A stretch of DNA of 64,000 nt from Minisyncoccota bacterium (GCA_041659085.1 JBAZYZ010000001.1:4884-68883); one strand, 5' to 3'. Counted from the first letter of the stretch, positions 12,971 through 24,741 are shown. Translations and numbers: made by a program. Notes: generated by a model from the letters alone, not told the origin.

Positions 12971-12979
12971 CTCAAAAGT

Positions 12980-13007
12980 AAAAAACGCCCAAGAGGGCGT
13001 TTTTTAC
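12980..13007 (+). terminator. rho-independent terminator closing the 23S-tRNA-5S unit
   Basis: aaaaaacgcccaagagggcgttttttac. Confidence 0.75.
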
Positions 13008-13043
13008 TTGCCTACAAAGGTCAAAAGCTATAAGCTGGAAGTT

Positions 13044-13817
13044 ATGGATTGGTCCACGAAGAGAAAACTTACATACCTTTCAATTTTATTGCTCGTCATT
13101 TTGGTGGTCGCCGCTTATTTTCTGTACCCATTGTTTATAGAAAATCCGACCTGCTCCGACGGGAAACAAAATGGCGATGAAGTCGGAGTAGACTGCGGCG
13201 GTATATGCAACAATTTTTGCGCTTCCCAGGTCCGCCCCCTTAGTATTATTTGGCAGCGTTCGTTTGAGGTTGCGCCCGGCATTTATGACGTTCTCGGATA
13301 CGTGGAAAATCAAAACGCTGACGCCGGGGTGTCATCCCTTCTTTACAGGTTCAAACTCTACGATGATAAAAATGTTCTTATTGCCGAGCGCGATGGAAAA
13401 ACTTTCATTGGACCTAATCAGTCCGGGGCAATATTTAGCGGCGGCATAAATACGGGAGAGAGGATTCCTAAGCTCGTTTATTTGGAATTTGAAGATTATC
13501 AATGGACAAAGATAGACCCGCGTTTTTTGAAAATAAATTTTTCAGTTAAAAATCAGCAACTACTCAATGCTTCAACCAGCCCGCGATTGGCTGTTTCCGT
13601 GGGAAACGAATCTCTTACTGATTTAAGAAATGTTGAGGCAGCCGCGATTTTGCGCGACCAGGATGACAATGCCATCGCGGTAAGCAATACGGTTATAGAA
13701 AGTCTGCCCAAACAAAGTTCCAAGGATATTTTTTTCACCTGGCTGACTCCGCTCGAATTGCCTGTCGCAAGGATTGAGATAATTCCGCGTGTTAACCCCT
13801 TTACGGTTTCTTATTAG
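13044..13817 (+). CDS. membrane-anchored extracytoplasmic protein, hypothetical
   Basis: ATG at 13044 (the listed ORF start at 12849 overlaps the 5S rRNA); N-terminal TM helix, then 'CSDGKQNGDEVGVDCGGICNNFC' Cys-rich segment. Confidence 0.6.
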   Translation: MDWSTKRKLTYLSILLLVILVVAAYFLYPLFIENPTCSDGKQNGDEVGVDCGGICNNFCASQVRPLSIIWQRSFEVAPGIYDVLGYVENQNADAGVSSLLYRFKLYDDKNVLIAERDGKTFIGPNQSGAIFSGGINTGERIPKLVYLEFEDYQWTKIDPRFLKINFSVKNQQLLNASTSPRLAVSVGNESLTDLRNVEAAAILRDQDDNAIAVSNTVIESLPKQSSKDIFFTWLTPLELPVARIEIIPRVNPFTVSY

Positions 13818-13839
13818 ATATTTTTGGTATATTGAGGAC

Positions 13840-14976
13840 ATGGTTTTACCGGTATTCGCTCGAAGAATAATAAGCGGTGTTGATTGGATTTTATTTTTTG
13901 CGGTTTTACCGCTTCTGTTTTTTGGCCTGGTGACGATGAGTTCGTTTACTGACGCCAATATGTTTTTTGAAAAACAGCTTATCTGGATTGCTGTCGGGCT
14001 GTTTTTCTTTTTTCTGTTTGCTTCTATAGACGCGGGACCGCTTAAAAAAACCGGATTTTTGGTTTCTCTCTTTGCTTTTGCCTTGGCGCTCCTTCTCCTG
14101 GTGGCTTTTACGGGCAGCGCCGTTAAAGGCGCCAGAAGCTGGTTTAACCTCGGGTTTTTTTCGTTTGAGCCGGCCGATCCGGTAAAACTCTTGATTATAC
14201 TGATGCTTGCCAAGTATTTTTCCAGGCGCCATGTTGAAATAGCCCACTATAAGCATATTCTAATTTCCGGTTTGTATGCCTTCATACCGTTCATTCTCAT
14301 AATGCTTCAGCCCGATTTTGGTTCCGGGTTGATTATTTTTCTTATTTGGCTCGGCATGGTTATGGTTTCCGGGGTTTCCAAAAAACACCTTTTTATAATC
14401 TTTTCCATAGGTGTTATTTCTTTTGGGATGCTTTGGATGTTTGTGTTCAAGCCGTATCAAAAAAACCGCATTTTGACTTTCATACATCCGTTAACCGACA
14501 TTCGCGGCGCCGGGTACAATGCTTACCAGTCCACTATTGCCGTAGGCTCCGGAGAGATTTGGGGAAAGGGGATAGGGTATGGCACCCAATCCCGCCTCAA
14601 GTTCTTGCCCGAGTACGAGACTGATTTCGTATTCGCGGCTTTTGCCGAGGAGTGGGGTTTTGCGGGGATATTTCTTTTTTTTCTGCTTATCGGCATTGTC
14701 ATTTGGCGTATTTTGACTAATGCGCTGATTGGGGCGACCAATTTTGAAATGCTTTTTGGCATGGGCCTCGCGATATTTTTTATGAGCCACATAATCGTTA
14801 ATGTCGGCATGAACATAGGCCTTCTTCCCGTAACGGGAATTCCGCTGCCATTTATGAGTTACGGCGGTTCACACTTGGTAACCGAATTTATCGGGTTGGG
14901 AGTGCTTATGAGCATGCGTCGCAACAGCAGGGCCGCTCATCGCGATGCCATGAAGAATGAATTCTTGGGGATTTAG
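13840..14976 (+). CDS. ftsW: SEDS-family peptidoglycan glycosyltransferase (FtsW/RodA)
   Basis: 10-TM protein; C-terminal 'GLLPVTGIPLPFMSYGGSHLV' FtsW/RodA signature; ATG at 13840 chosen over the in-frame GTG at 13789. Confidence 0.85.
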   Translation: MVLPVFARRIISGVDWILFFAVLPLLFFGLVTMSSFTDANMFFEKQLIWIAVGLFFFFLFASIDAGPLKKTGFLVSLFAFALALLLLVAFTGSAVKGARSWFNLGFFSFEPADPVKLLIILMLAKYFSRRHVEIAHYKHILISGLYAFIPFILIMLQPDFGSGLIIFLIWLGMVMVSGVSKKHLFIIFSIGVISFGMLWMFVFKPYQKNRILTFIHPLTDIRGAGYNAYQSTIAVGSGEIWGKGIGYGTQSRLKFLPEYETDFVFAAFAEEWGFAGIFLFFLLIGIVIWRILTNALIGATNFEMLFGMGLAIFFMSHIIVNVGMNIGLLPVTGIPLPFMSYGGSHLVTEFIGLGVLMSMRRNSRAAHRDAMKNEFLGI

Positions 14977-16178
14977 GCCCCGTACAGTTCTTCGGTTTTT
15001 TTCATCATTTCGCCCAATGAAAATCTATCGGCTATTTTACGGGAAAGATTCTCTCCAAATTCTGAGGCGCGTTCCGGATTCTCAGACATGAATAAAATAG
15101 CCATAGCAAGTTCCTTGGGTTGCCGTGGGCGGACCAGTATTCCGGTTTTCATATCTTCAATAATCTCCGGCACGCCCCCCACTGAGGTGGCGACAACAGG
15201 CATACCGGCGGCTCCCGCTTCCAATATTGAAATGCTCAACGCCTCGGTGATTGAAGGCAGCAGGAAAATGTCAAAAGCCTTTAGAAGCCTGGAGGCTTCA
15301 TCCACAAAGCCCGCCAATTTAACAACTTTGGAAAGATTGTGCCTGGATACGAGTTTTTCCAGGCGTTTTTTTTCCTCACCTTCTCCAAATATGGTGTAGG
15401 AAATATTCCTCTTCTCTTTCTTTATTATCGACATGGCTTCTATTGCGTAAGACAGCCCTTTATTCTTGTGCAGTTCCGCGATTGTCACTACGCGGAGTGT
15501 TTTTTCTTCCCCGATATTTTTTAATTTTCCTCCAAGCGCCGCGATAGCTTCGTCTTTAGGCAGCGCGGGAGACAGAGATACTCCGTTCCAGATAACGCGC
15601 ATTTTTTTATCCGGCAGGAACAGTTTAGGAGCCGTGTCGGCTATGTTTTTTGAAACGGCTATTGTCTCGTGGGACAATATGATAGTCAGCCATGCCAGCA
15701 ATTTTATTACTATCTTTGAAAAGAAAGAGCGTTCTTCGTTGAAGGCCCAACCATGTGCCGTGAAGATAATTTTGGTTTTTAGTCCGTATTCTCCGCTTTT
15801 CAGGAAAAGATTTAAAAAGGAAACCGATAAATTATAAGTTCGTCCGGCGAGAGCGCCCAGTCCGCCTATTTTGGAACTGTTTAAATGCACGATGTCAGGC
15901 CGCTCTTTCCCGTAGAGGCGGAGTAGGCGATAGAATACGTAAAATTCATCAAAAAACTTTATATCCCGGTCAAGTCTCGGGATAGTGACTACCCTCACGT
16001 TTGATTTTTGCAGCTTGTCTTTTAGAGCCCCCTTTCCGCCAAGCGCCACCATGGTCTCAAACTCCGCCCGGGGAATGCCTGTGGCCAAGTCGTAAAGATA
16101 GCGCTGCGCGCCGCCCCAATTTGACTTGGTTATGACGTATAAAACTTTCCTTTTCCCGTGTCTTTTCCCTGTACCCAT
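14973..16178 (-). CDS. glycosyltransferase family 4 (GT4)
   Basis: C-terminal 'FLLPSITEALSISILEAGAAGMPVVATSVGGVPEIIEDMKTGILV' GT4 E-x7-E-type motif; start trimmed to the ATG at 16178 (MGTGKRHGKRKVLYVITKS). Confidence 0.8.
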   Translation of the reverse strand: MGTGKRHGKRKVLYVITKSNWGGAQRYLYDLATGIPRAEFETMVALGGKGALKDKLQKSNVRVVTIPRLDRDIKFFDEFYVFYRLLRLYGKERPDIVHLNSSKIGGLGALAGRTYNLSVSFLNLFLKSGEYGLKTKIIFTAHGWAFNEERSFFSKIVIKLLAWLTIILSHETIAVSKNIADTAPKLFLPDKKMRVIWNGVSLSPALPKDEAIAALGGKLKNIGEEKTLRVVTIAELHKNKGLSYAIEAMSIIKKEKRNISYTIFGEGEEKKRLEKLVSRHNLSKVVKLAGFVDEASRLLKAFDIFLLPSITEALSISILEAGAAGMPVVATSVGGVPEIIEDMKTGILVRPRQPKELAMAILFMSENPERASEFGENLSRKIADRFSLGEMMKKTEELYGA

Positions 16179-16263
16179 ATATTTATGAGATTGTAACGCT
16201 ATTTCAGTTATTGCGAAAGGATGACCTTGTCTAAGGCATATTTTGCGGTAGTATTGTGTGGTA

Positions 16264-17604
16264 ATGACCATATCCAACAAAAGTGAGCCATTTATCCTGT
16301 TTTTGGGCGATATCGCCGTTTTTGTAGTGGCTCTGTGGCTGACGCTGTTTGTGCGTTATGGCGAAGTGCCGTCGGGGAATCTTTTTTTCAGCCATTTGGA
16401 GCCGTTCTCCATACTTTTTGTTTTGTGGTCCCTGGTCTTTTTTATTGCCGGTCTTTACGACAAACACACATCTATTTTAAAAAGCCGTTTGCCCGGCATT
16501 CTCTTGAACTCCCAGGTAACCAACAGCGCCGTCGCGGTTATCTTTTTTTATCTTTTCCCGTATTTCGGCATAAACCCGAAAACAAATCTTCTCATATATC
16601 TGGTTATATCGTTTGCCCTGATCCTCCTTTGGAGGATATACGGAGTCGGATTATTTGGTTCCCACCGTCGCGAAAAAGCTGTGCTCATAGGAAGCGGAGA
16701 AGAGATGAGGGACCTTCGTGACGAAATAAACGGAAACGACAGATACAGCATTAAGTTTGTTTCCTCTGTCGATTTGAGCAGTCTGGAAAGCTTTGATTTC
16801 AAATCTGAAGTTCTGGATGTTATTTACGCTGAGGGGATTTCTGCCGTTGTAATTGATTTAAAAAACGAAAAAGTCGGACCGATTTTGCCCAATCTTTATA
16901 ATCTGATTTTCTCCAACGTTAAATTTATAGACATGTACAAAGTTTATGAAGACACATTTGACCGTATCCCGCTGTCACTCTTGAATTACAATTGGTTTTT
17001 GGAAAACATTTCCCTGTCGGTTCATGCCGGATATGACGTCCTGAAGCGTTTGATGGACTTGGCAATATCTCTTATTCTTGGGATTATCTCACTTGTATTT
17101 TATCCTTTTGTTTTTTTGGCGATTAAGCTTGAGGATGGGGGTCCGGTATTTATCGCGCAGGAGCGCATAGGCGAAGGCAATATACCGGTTAGGCTTATTA
17201 AATTCCGCAGTATGAAAAAAAATGACTCGGGGGTTTGGCCGACGGATGGGGACGGTCGGATTACCGGTGTAGGCAAGTTTTTGCGCAGGACGCGCATTGA
17301 TGAATTGCCTCAGCTTTGGAGCGTAGTCACCGGAGACTTGTCTCTTATAGGTCCGCGGCCGGATATAATAGACCTTGGGCGCAAATTGGCCGGAGAAATT
17401 CCTTATTATACGGTCAGGAATCTTATCAAACCCGGTCTTTCCGGGTGGGCGCAAATAAAACAGGATTTGCCGCCGCACTCCGTCGAAGAAACAAAACTCC
17501 GTTTGTCGTACGATTTATATTACATAAAGAATCGCTCTTTTATGTTAGACTTGCGTATAGCGCTGCAGACTATAAAAACGCTTTTGTCGCGTTCAGGCAA
17601 ATAA
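16264..17604 (+). CDS. polyprenyl-phosphate glycosyl-1-phosphate transferase (WbaP/CpsE-like initiating sugar transferase)
   Basis: N-terminal TM helices; C-terminal bacterial sugar transferase domain 'PVFIAQERIGEGNIPVRLIKFRSM...DELPQLWSVVTGDLSLIGPRP'. Confidence 0.85.
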   Translation: MTISNKSEPFILFLGDIAVFVVALWLTLFVRYGEVPSGNLFFSHLEPFSILFVLWSLVFFIAGLYDKHTSILKSRLPGILLNSQVTNSAVAVIFFYLFPYFGINPKTNLLIYLVISFALILLWRIYGVGLFGSHRREKAVLIGSGEEMRDLRDEINGNDRYSIKFVSSVDLSSLESFDFKSEVLDVIYAEGISAVVIDLKNEKVGPILPNLYNLIFSNVKFIDMYKVYEDTFDRIPLSLLNYNWFLENISLSVHAGYDVLKRLMDLAISLILGIISLVFYPFVFLAIKLEDGGPVFIAQERIGEGNIPVRLIKFRSMKKNDSGVWPTDGDGRITGVGKFLRRTRIDELPQLWSVVTGDLSLIGPRPDIIDLGRKLAGEIPYYTVRNLIKPGLSGWAQIKQDLPPHSVEETKLRLSYDLYYIKNRSFMLDLRIALQTIKTLLSRSGK

Positions 17605-17704
17605 AGGGTTATCAGACCCTTTATTCCGACTTCGCTCAGATGCTGTGTAAGGGTATTTGCCCACAAGCTCTTCGTTCGTCGGAATAAAAACAAAAAATAT
17701 AAAG

Positions 17705-18784
17705 ATGACAGAAATAAATAAACATACAATTTTTATTACCGGCGCGGCCGGTTATGTCGGAGCGATGCTGGCCGATCAATTTTCCAAACGACCGGATGTG
17801 GGAGAAGTTGTCGCCCTTGATATGGAACCTCAGCCTAAAATTCTTGAAAAGAACCCGAAGATTTTTTGGATTACCGCCAACACCTCGGATGACTCCTGGC
17901 AGGAAATCGCGCGTTCAAAAAACCCCGACATAGTTATCCATACCGCCTGGCAGATTCGCGAACTCTACGGCAATCGCGAGCTTGAGTGGAAGTGGAACGT
18001 TGGCGGCTCAATAAATATTTTTAACTTCGCCTTTGAAACACCGGAGGTTAAAAAGCTGGTTCATTTTTCCACAGTGTCTTCTTATGGCGCGTTTCCGGAA
18101 AATTCCACAGACCATTTTTTTACCGAAGACGAACCGTTCAGAAAGAGTGAATATTTATACGCGGAGGAAAAGAGAATAGTGGAAGAGAAACTTGAGGAGA
18201 CCTACAGGAAACGTTTTGGGAAACTTAGAGTGCCGGAGATTGCCATAATACGCCCTGCCGCCATAACCGGCCCGCGCGGCAGATACGCGCGCATCAGATT
18301 CGGTCTTCAGTCCGCCCTTTCCGGTTCGCTCAGGCAGCAGGGTTCTTTCCTCTATGATTTTATTTCGCTCTGGGTGTCTTGGGTTCCGGTAACGCCAAAG
18401 TGGCTCCGCCAATACGTGCATGAAGACGATATTACCGATATTGTGGCGTTACTCTCATTCTCTCCGCTTAAGCGCGGTTATGAAGTGTTGAACGCCGCCC
18501 CGCCGGGGGAAGCTGTGTTCGGCAAAGACATGGCGGAAGCTGTGGGGAAGAAGACGCTTCCCATACAACCCTGGATGGTACGCCTGGCTTTCTTTTGGAT
18601 GTGGCATTTGACCAGAGGTCGTGTTCCCACAGCTCCCGGAAGTTGGAGAGGATATTCATATCCTATCGCCGTTGACGGTTCCAAGATAAGCAAAGAATAC
18701 GGCTACTCTTACAAGCTTGAATCAAAAGACGCCTTTACCAAGAAAGAAGGCAGATATGCGGCGGATGCTCTTGCCCAAGACTGA
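17705..18784 (+). CDS. NAD-dependent epimerase/dehydratase family protein
   Basis: 'IFITGAAGYVGAMLADQF' Rossmann motif; extended SDR fold; ATG at 17705. Confidence 0.7.
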   Translation: MTEINKHTIFITGAAGYVGAMLADQFSKRPDVGEVVALDMEPQPKILEKNPKIFWITANTSDDSWQEIARSKNPDIVIHTAWQIRELYGNRELEWKWNVGGSINIFNFAFETPEVKKLVHFSTVSSYGAFPENSTDHFFTEDEPFRKSEYLYAEEKRIVEEKLEETYRKRFGKLRVPEIAIIRPAAITGPRGRYARIRFGLQSALSGSLRQQGSFLYDFISLWVSWVPVTPKWLRQYVHEDDITDIVALLSFSPLKRGYEVLNAAPPGEAVFGKDMAEAVGKKTLPIQPWMVRLAFFWMWHLTRGRVPTAPGSWRGYSYPIAVDGSKISKEYGYSYKLESKDAFTKKEGRYAADALAQD

Positions 18785-18787
18785 TAA

Positions 18788-19324
18788 ATGAATTTTTTAA
18801 TTTTTAACTTCCTAAACGGCATAGCGGTTAAGTACCCCGATCTTGACCGGTTATTTGTATTTATGGCGAACAACTTGGGGTACATTGCTGTTGCCGCTCT
18901 TGTTTATTATTTGTTTTCACACGACGAAAGAAAGAAGGGGATGCAGGAAGTTGCAATGATTGTTGCCATAGCCGGCCTCGCCTGGGTTGCGGCTCATTTC
19001 TTGAAAGATGTTTTTCATACAGCCCGGCCGTTCATCGCATTATCCGATGTTAAGAATTTGTTTCCCGGAGAATCGGGTTATGCGTTTCCTTCAGGTCATG
19101 CCACGTTTTATTCCGCGCTTGCCATGATGATGTATTTTTACCACAAGCGTATTGGGTTAGGACTCGGACTCATCGCCCTTATAATCGGAATTTCGCGCAT
19201 TATTTCCGGCGTCCATTGGCCGATTGACATATTGGGCGGTTTTATTTTGGGACCGGTGATTGCGATATTGGCCTACTTTTTTATCAAAAAATACCTGTTT
19301 GCAAATCTGCCTCAAAACCGCTAG
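18788..19324 (+). CDS. PAP2-family phosphatase (undecaprenyl-diphosphate/phosphatidate phosphatase-like)
   Basis: PAP2 motifs 'PSGHATF' and 'SRIISGVHWPIDIL'; polytopic. Confidence 0.8.
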   Translation: MNFLIFNFLNGIAVKYPDLDRLFVFMANNLGYIAVAALVYYLFSHDERKKGMQEVAMIVAIAGLAWVAAHFLKDVFHTARPFIALSDVKNLFPGESGYAFPSGHATFYSALAMMMYFYHKRIGLGLGLIALIIGISRIISGVHWPIDILGGFILGPVIAILAYFFIKKYLFANLPQNR

Positions 19325-19341
19325 AATAGCCCAATATTATT

Positions 19342-20748
19342 ATGCTGAAAACACGGATATTCGCTCTCGCCATACTCTTGGCCGGTCTCTCTATTGGCTA
19401 CTTTTTATACGCTTCCGAGGCGAAGCTTCATGGCGCGTCAAAGCCGTGGGGGAGTTCGGCTCTCTCCGGGTTTTCGTTTAAGCTCGGACTTGACCTTTCG
19501 GGCGGCACACATCTCATTTATCGCGCCGATGTTTCCAAAGTTGCCGGGAGCGAAGTTAAAAATGCGATGGACGCGCTGCGCGATGTCATAGAACGCCGTG
19601 TGAATCTTTTTGGAGTGTCCGAACCACTGGTCCAGTTGGAATCGGGCGGTTTTGCCGGCAATGAGCAAAGGCTCATAATTCAGCTTCCCGGCGTTACTGA
19701 TGTTAATCAGGCGGTGACCATGATTGGGCAGACGCCTCTTCTTGAATTCAAGACCGAACGTCCGAATGGCGCAGAAAAAGATTCTATAATAAAAGCCATT
19801 GAGGCGTATCAGAAAGCCAAAAAAGACGGGAAAGAACCCGCCTTTGACCCTCTTCTTCTCCAGGATCCAGGCTACATCTCCACTGAACTGACCGGACGTT
19901 TTCTTGAGAAGGCCACTCTTGATTTTGACCAGCAGACCGGAGAACCGACGGTGGGATTGCAGTTCAACAGCGAAGGCACGAAACTTTTTGCCGATATAAC
20001 CAAATCAAACGTCGGTAAGACAGTGGCGATTTATTTGGATAATGCCCCAATCTCGTCTCCCGTAGTCCGCGAGGAAATCGCGAGTGGCAAGGCGCAGATT
20101 TCCGGCAACTTCACGCCACAGGAAGCAAAGACTCTGGTTGGGCGTTTGAATTCCGGGGCCCTTCCCGTGCCGATTGAACTTATTTCCACTCAAACTATCG
20201 GCGCTCCGCTTGGAGAGAAGGCGTTAAACGGGGGAGTGAAAGCAGGCTTGCTGGGACTCTTGGCCGTCGCAATCTTCCTGATTGCCTGGTACCGTTTGCC
20301 GGGACTTGTTGCTGTAATAGCGCTTGGTGTCTATGTGGTCATTATGCTCGCCGTGTTTAAGCTTATCCCGATAACGCTTACCGCCGCCGGTATTGCCGGA
20401 TTTATTTTGTCGGTGGGTATGGCGGTTGACGCCAACATATTGGTTGCCGAACGGACCAAGGAAGAGCTTCGCAATGGACGCGACGTTATCGACGCCATAA
20501 AAGAAGGATTTTCGCGCGCCTGGTCTTCTATTCGCGACTCAAATATTTCAAGCATGATAACCGGCGTTATGTTGTTTTGGTTCGGGACGAGCCTTATACA
20601 AGGATTTGCGCTCACTTTCCTTCTTGGCGTCCTTATATCAATGTTCTCCGCCATTACCGTAACCCGCACATTCCTGTTTTCGCTCGGAGTTACGAAGCGT
20701 ACCAAACTTGCTTCTTTCTTATTCAGCAGCGGATTTAATCTGAAATAA
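19342..20748 (+). CDS. secD: protein translocase subunit SecD
   Basis: 'LGLDLSGGTHLIYRAD' periplasmic-domain motif; C-terminal 6-TM block; followed by secF. Confidence 0.88.
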   Translation: MLKTRIFALAILLAGLSIGYFLYASEAKLHGASKPWGSSALSGFSFKLGLDLSGGTHLIYRADVSKVAGSEVKNAMDALRDVIERRVNLFGVSEPLVQLESGGFAGNEQRLIIQLPGVTDVNQAVTMIGQTPLLEFKTERPNGAEKDSIIKAIEAYQKAKKDGKEPAFDPLLLQDPGYISTELTGRFLEKATLDFDQQTGEPTVGLQFNSEGTKLFADITKSNVGKTVAIYLDNAPISSPVVREEIASGKAQISGNFTPQEAKTLVGRLNSGALPVPIELISTQTIGAPLGEKALNGGVKAGLLGLLAVAIFLIAWYRLPGLVAVIALGVYVVIMLAVFKLIPITLTAAGIAGFILSVGMAVDANILVAERTKEELRNGRDVIDAIKEGFSRAWSSIRDSNISSMITGVMLFWFGTSLIQGFALTFLLGVLISMFSAITVTRTFLFSLGVTKRTKLASFLFSSGFNLK

Positions 20749-20752
20749 ATTT

Positions 20753-21643
20753 ATGTTTATCGTAAAGTATAAAAACTTGTTTTTCGCCATCTCGGCCGTT
20801 CTCGTGGCCGCCGCTTTGGGCGCGATGGTTGTAAAAGGGTTCAATGTCGGCATTGATTTTAAAGGTGGTTCAATGATTGAGGTTAGCTACACCGATGCCC
20901 GGCCTGATATTGCGGCGCTAGAGGAATCAATCAAGGACAAATTCCCCGGTTCCCATATGCAGCTTGCGGGGGAGAAAGACCTCATTGTCCGTACCAAAGA
21001 CCTGAGCGATAAAGAACACACGGACATAATTGAAGAACTCTCGCTTAGCGGCGCAAACCATCTTACGGAAAAGCAGTTTAGTTCGGTTGGACCGACCATA
21101 GGCAAAGAACTCCGTTCCCGCGCCTGGGCTGCAATGATTGCGGTCTTGCTCGGCATTGTTCTCTTCATCGCTTTTGCCTTCAGGAAGGTTTCTTTACCCG
21201 TTTCTTCCTGGAAGTACGGTTTGATTACTTTGGTGTCTTTGGTGCACGACGTAATCATTCCCGCCGGTATTTTCGCTTACCTCGGCAAAGAAGTTAATTC
21301 TCTTTTTGTGGTGGCGCTGCTTTCTATACTCGGCATTTCCGTGCACGATAAAATTGTCGTGTTTGACCGCATCCGCGAGAACTTGAAGCTTCATACGGCC
21401 AAAGAGTTTAGTGATACTGTAGGGAAGAGTTTGGAGCAAACTTTCGCCCGTTCTATAAACACCTCTCTCACCATCCTTATCGTCTTAGGCGCGCTCTGGT
21501 ACCTCGGTCCCGATTCAACCCGCGATTTCTCAATGCTCCTGTTTGCCGGTGTCGCCATCGGTACCTACTCGTCAATTTTCTTTGCCAGTCCATTGGTTGT
21601 TCTTGCCGAGAAACTACAGATAAAGAATAGAAGTAAAAAATAG
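20753..21643 (+). CDS. secF: protein translocase subunit SecF
   Basis: 'GIDFKGGSMIEVSY' motif; 6 TM helices. Confidence 0.88.
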   Translation: MFIVKYKNLFFAISAVLVAAALGAMVVKGFNVGIDFKGGSMIEVSYTDARPDIAALEESIKDKFPGSHMQLAGEKDLIVRTKDLSDKEHTDIIEELSLSGANHLTEKQFSSVGPTIGKELRSRAWAAMIAVLLGIVLFIAFAFRKVSLPVSSWKYGLITLVSLVHDVIIPAGIFAYLGKEVNSLFVVALLSILGISVHDKIVVFDRIRENLKLHTAKEFSDTVGKSLEQTFARSINTSLTILIVLGALWYLGPDSTRDFSMLLFAGVAIGTYSSIFFASPLVVLAEKLQIKNRSKK

Positions 21644-21740
21644 AGAAGCGACAGTCCCGTAGTGAACCGGGCTTGTAGAGGTTCTACTACTTTGATTTCA
21701 AGGGGGGGGGGTAGGGTTGATTTTCTCAATAAATAAGCTT

Positions 21741-21766
21741 AAAAAAGGCCTAAAAAGGCCTTTTTT
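21741..21766 (+). terminator. rho-independent terminator after secF
   Basis: aaaaaggcctaaaaaggccttttttg. Confidence 0.7.
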
Positions 21767-21773
21767 GCTGCCC

Positions 21774-21801
21774 TTGACTTACGTTTCTCACCGAGTATAC
21801 T
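21774..21801 (+). promoter_or_regulatory. sigma70-type promoter for the stand-alone 16S rRNA gene
   Basis: TTGACT (21774-21779), 16-nt spacer, TATACT (21796-21801); ~320 nt upstream of the 16S 5' end. Confidence 0.5.
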
Positions 21802-22123
21802 AGTGAAGCGTCTAGAGGTAGACGGCTTTTAATTTGTAATTGCCCGATACTTTCTGGAACGTGTGAACTTTGACAAGATCCATAGTGCCCGATGGCTTGA
21901 ATAACCGTCGGGTAGAAAGGATCCACATAGTTAGTGCAAAATCACAACTCCGCCGGAGACAGCCTGTCTCTGGTGGTTAAAAAAATTCCAGTTTTAATCG
22001 AGTAGATTAAATTGGGACAAAGAAACCCGCCTCGTTTTTTACAAAACGATTCGGGCAGGTATTTTTTCTTTTGTTCCGCCTAATAATTTTTCGAAATTTT
22101 AATTTCACAAAATTTTCATTTAG

Positions 22124-23650
<1,527 letters not shown>

Positions 23651-23884
23651 ATTGAAAATGTTCGAGATTTATTTCGAATTCTTGGCCGGTGTTTATGCTT
23701 CACAAGGGCATAAATGGGTAATTATTGCCAAAACCCTAATTCGCAATACATTGCTCTGGATGTACCAGAGCAGAAAACCTAGCGTGGGAACGCAAAGGTT
23801 GGACGGAACAAAAGAAAGAATATTAACCCGCCTAAATTTTTGCGAACAAAAATTTTGGTGGGTAAGCACTAACTATAAGTCATC

Positions 23885-23915
23885 AAAAAAACGCCCTAAA
23901 TGGGGCGTTTTTTGA
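23885..23915 (+). terminator. rho-independent terminator ~240 nt after 16S
   Basis: aaaaaaacgccctaaatggggcgttttttg. Confidence 0.7.
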
Positions 23916-23940
23916 TGGGTGGATAGTGGTATTGACCCTG

Positions 23941-24017
23941 TAGTAGATTTTGGCACTGCGCCAAGAGGCGCGGGCATAGCCAGTGCCAAAATTCACTACG
24001 GGGTTGACTTTTTAGCC
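23941..24017. repeat. intergenic palindromic repeat element, copy C (best-preserved copy)
   Basis: TTGAC-cctgtagtagattttggcactgcgcc ...25 nt... cagtgccaaaattcactacgggg-TTGAC; ~23-bp inverted arms with identical flanking TTGAC pentamers. Confidence 0.6.
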
Positions 24018-24060
24018 GAAAGGTGCTTTAATTAAGGAAGGTCAACAACAGGAGATTGAT

Positions 24061-24325
24061 TATGATGTATCAAGGTCATCCGTTTACACAAGGGTTGCCG
24101 ACTGGCGTACAGCGAGTCATACAGAGCCTGATGGGGGTCGTCAGCCTGGTCGTCGTCGTTGTCCTTGTCGTCTTTATGGTCAAGGACTTAAAGAGCAAGC
24201 TCGATGCTCCCCAAGTCTACGTCTCCAATTCAACGGGGGAATGCGTGAAAGTTGTTTCGCCAAAGGGCGAGCAGCCATGCAAGCCAGGAGACGAAAGGAA
24301 ATATGAGCGTGTCTGGGTGAAGTAG
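24061..24325 (+). CDS. small membrane protein (one TM helix, Cys-containing C-terminal ectodomain), hypothetical
   Basis: caggag SD 8 nt upstream of the ATG at 24061; 'VVSLVVVVVLVVFMV' TM helix; C-terminal '...GECVKVVSPKGEQPCKPG'; GC elevated (~50%) relative to neighbours. Confidence 0.5.
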
Positions 24326-24346
24326 CTCACCTACGCTCAAGCAACA

Positions 24347-24373
24347 AAATGGGCCGGGTTCGTAATGAACCCG
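24347..24373. terminator. bidirectional hairpin terminator shared by convergent genes
   Basis: gggccgggttcgtaatgaacccggccc. Confidence 0.65.
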
Positions 24374-24381
24374 GCCCTTTC

Positions 24382-24741
24382 CTATTGTCTCGGCGCTCTT
24401 TGCAGCCGGTCGTTCAAAATCTCGTTTAGGACGCCGCGTAATTTGCGTCCCAGGCGGCCGCTTTCGAATTTCGTTTCCAGGTGCGCCAGAACGCTAGACA
24501 GCGTTTGGAGCCTGGTTGTCCCGAGTCTGCCCGCTTGGCGCAGCTTTTCCAGCTTCTTCAGTTCCAATATGAATCGTTCCTGGTCGGATGATTTGAGAGA
24601 TATCATCCAGTGGGTGTCCTTCTGCACCCTTTCTTTGTCTGATAATCTGCCGGCCCTGACTTCGCCGCGCTTCGTGTTCCTTGTGGTCATTTGCCCCATA
24701 CGCGCCGGAACCGCAGATTTCATTACCAGTATTCTGCACAT
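24382..24741 (-). CDS. small basic protein (119 aa, Arg/Lys-rich), hypothetical
   Basis: strong GGAGGA SD 9 nt upstream of the ATG on the minus strand; the opposite-strand ORF is S/P/R/L-rich junk; stop abuts the hairpin terminator. Confidence 0.55.
   Translation of the reverse strand: MCRILVMKSAVPARMGQMTTRNTKRGEVRAGRLSDKERVQKDTHWMISLKSSDQERFILELKKLEKLRQAGRLGTTRLQTLSSVLAHLETKFESGRLGRKLRGVLNEILNDRLQRAPRQ

Noticed and set aside
12849-13043. 5' extension of ORF 12849-13817
   Set aside because: The extension overlaps the 5S rRNA and its terminator. The CDS was trimmed to the ATG at 13044.
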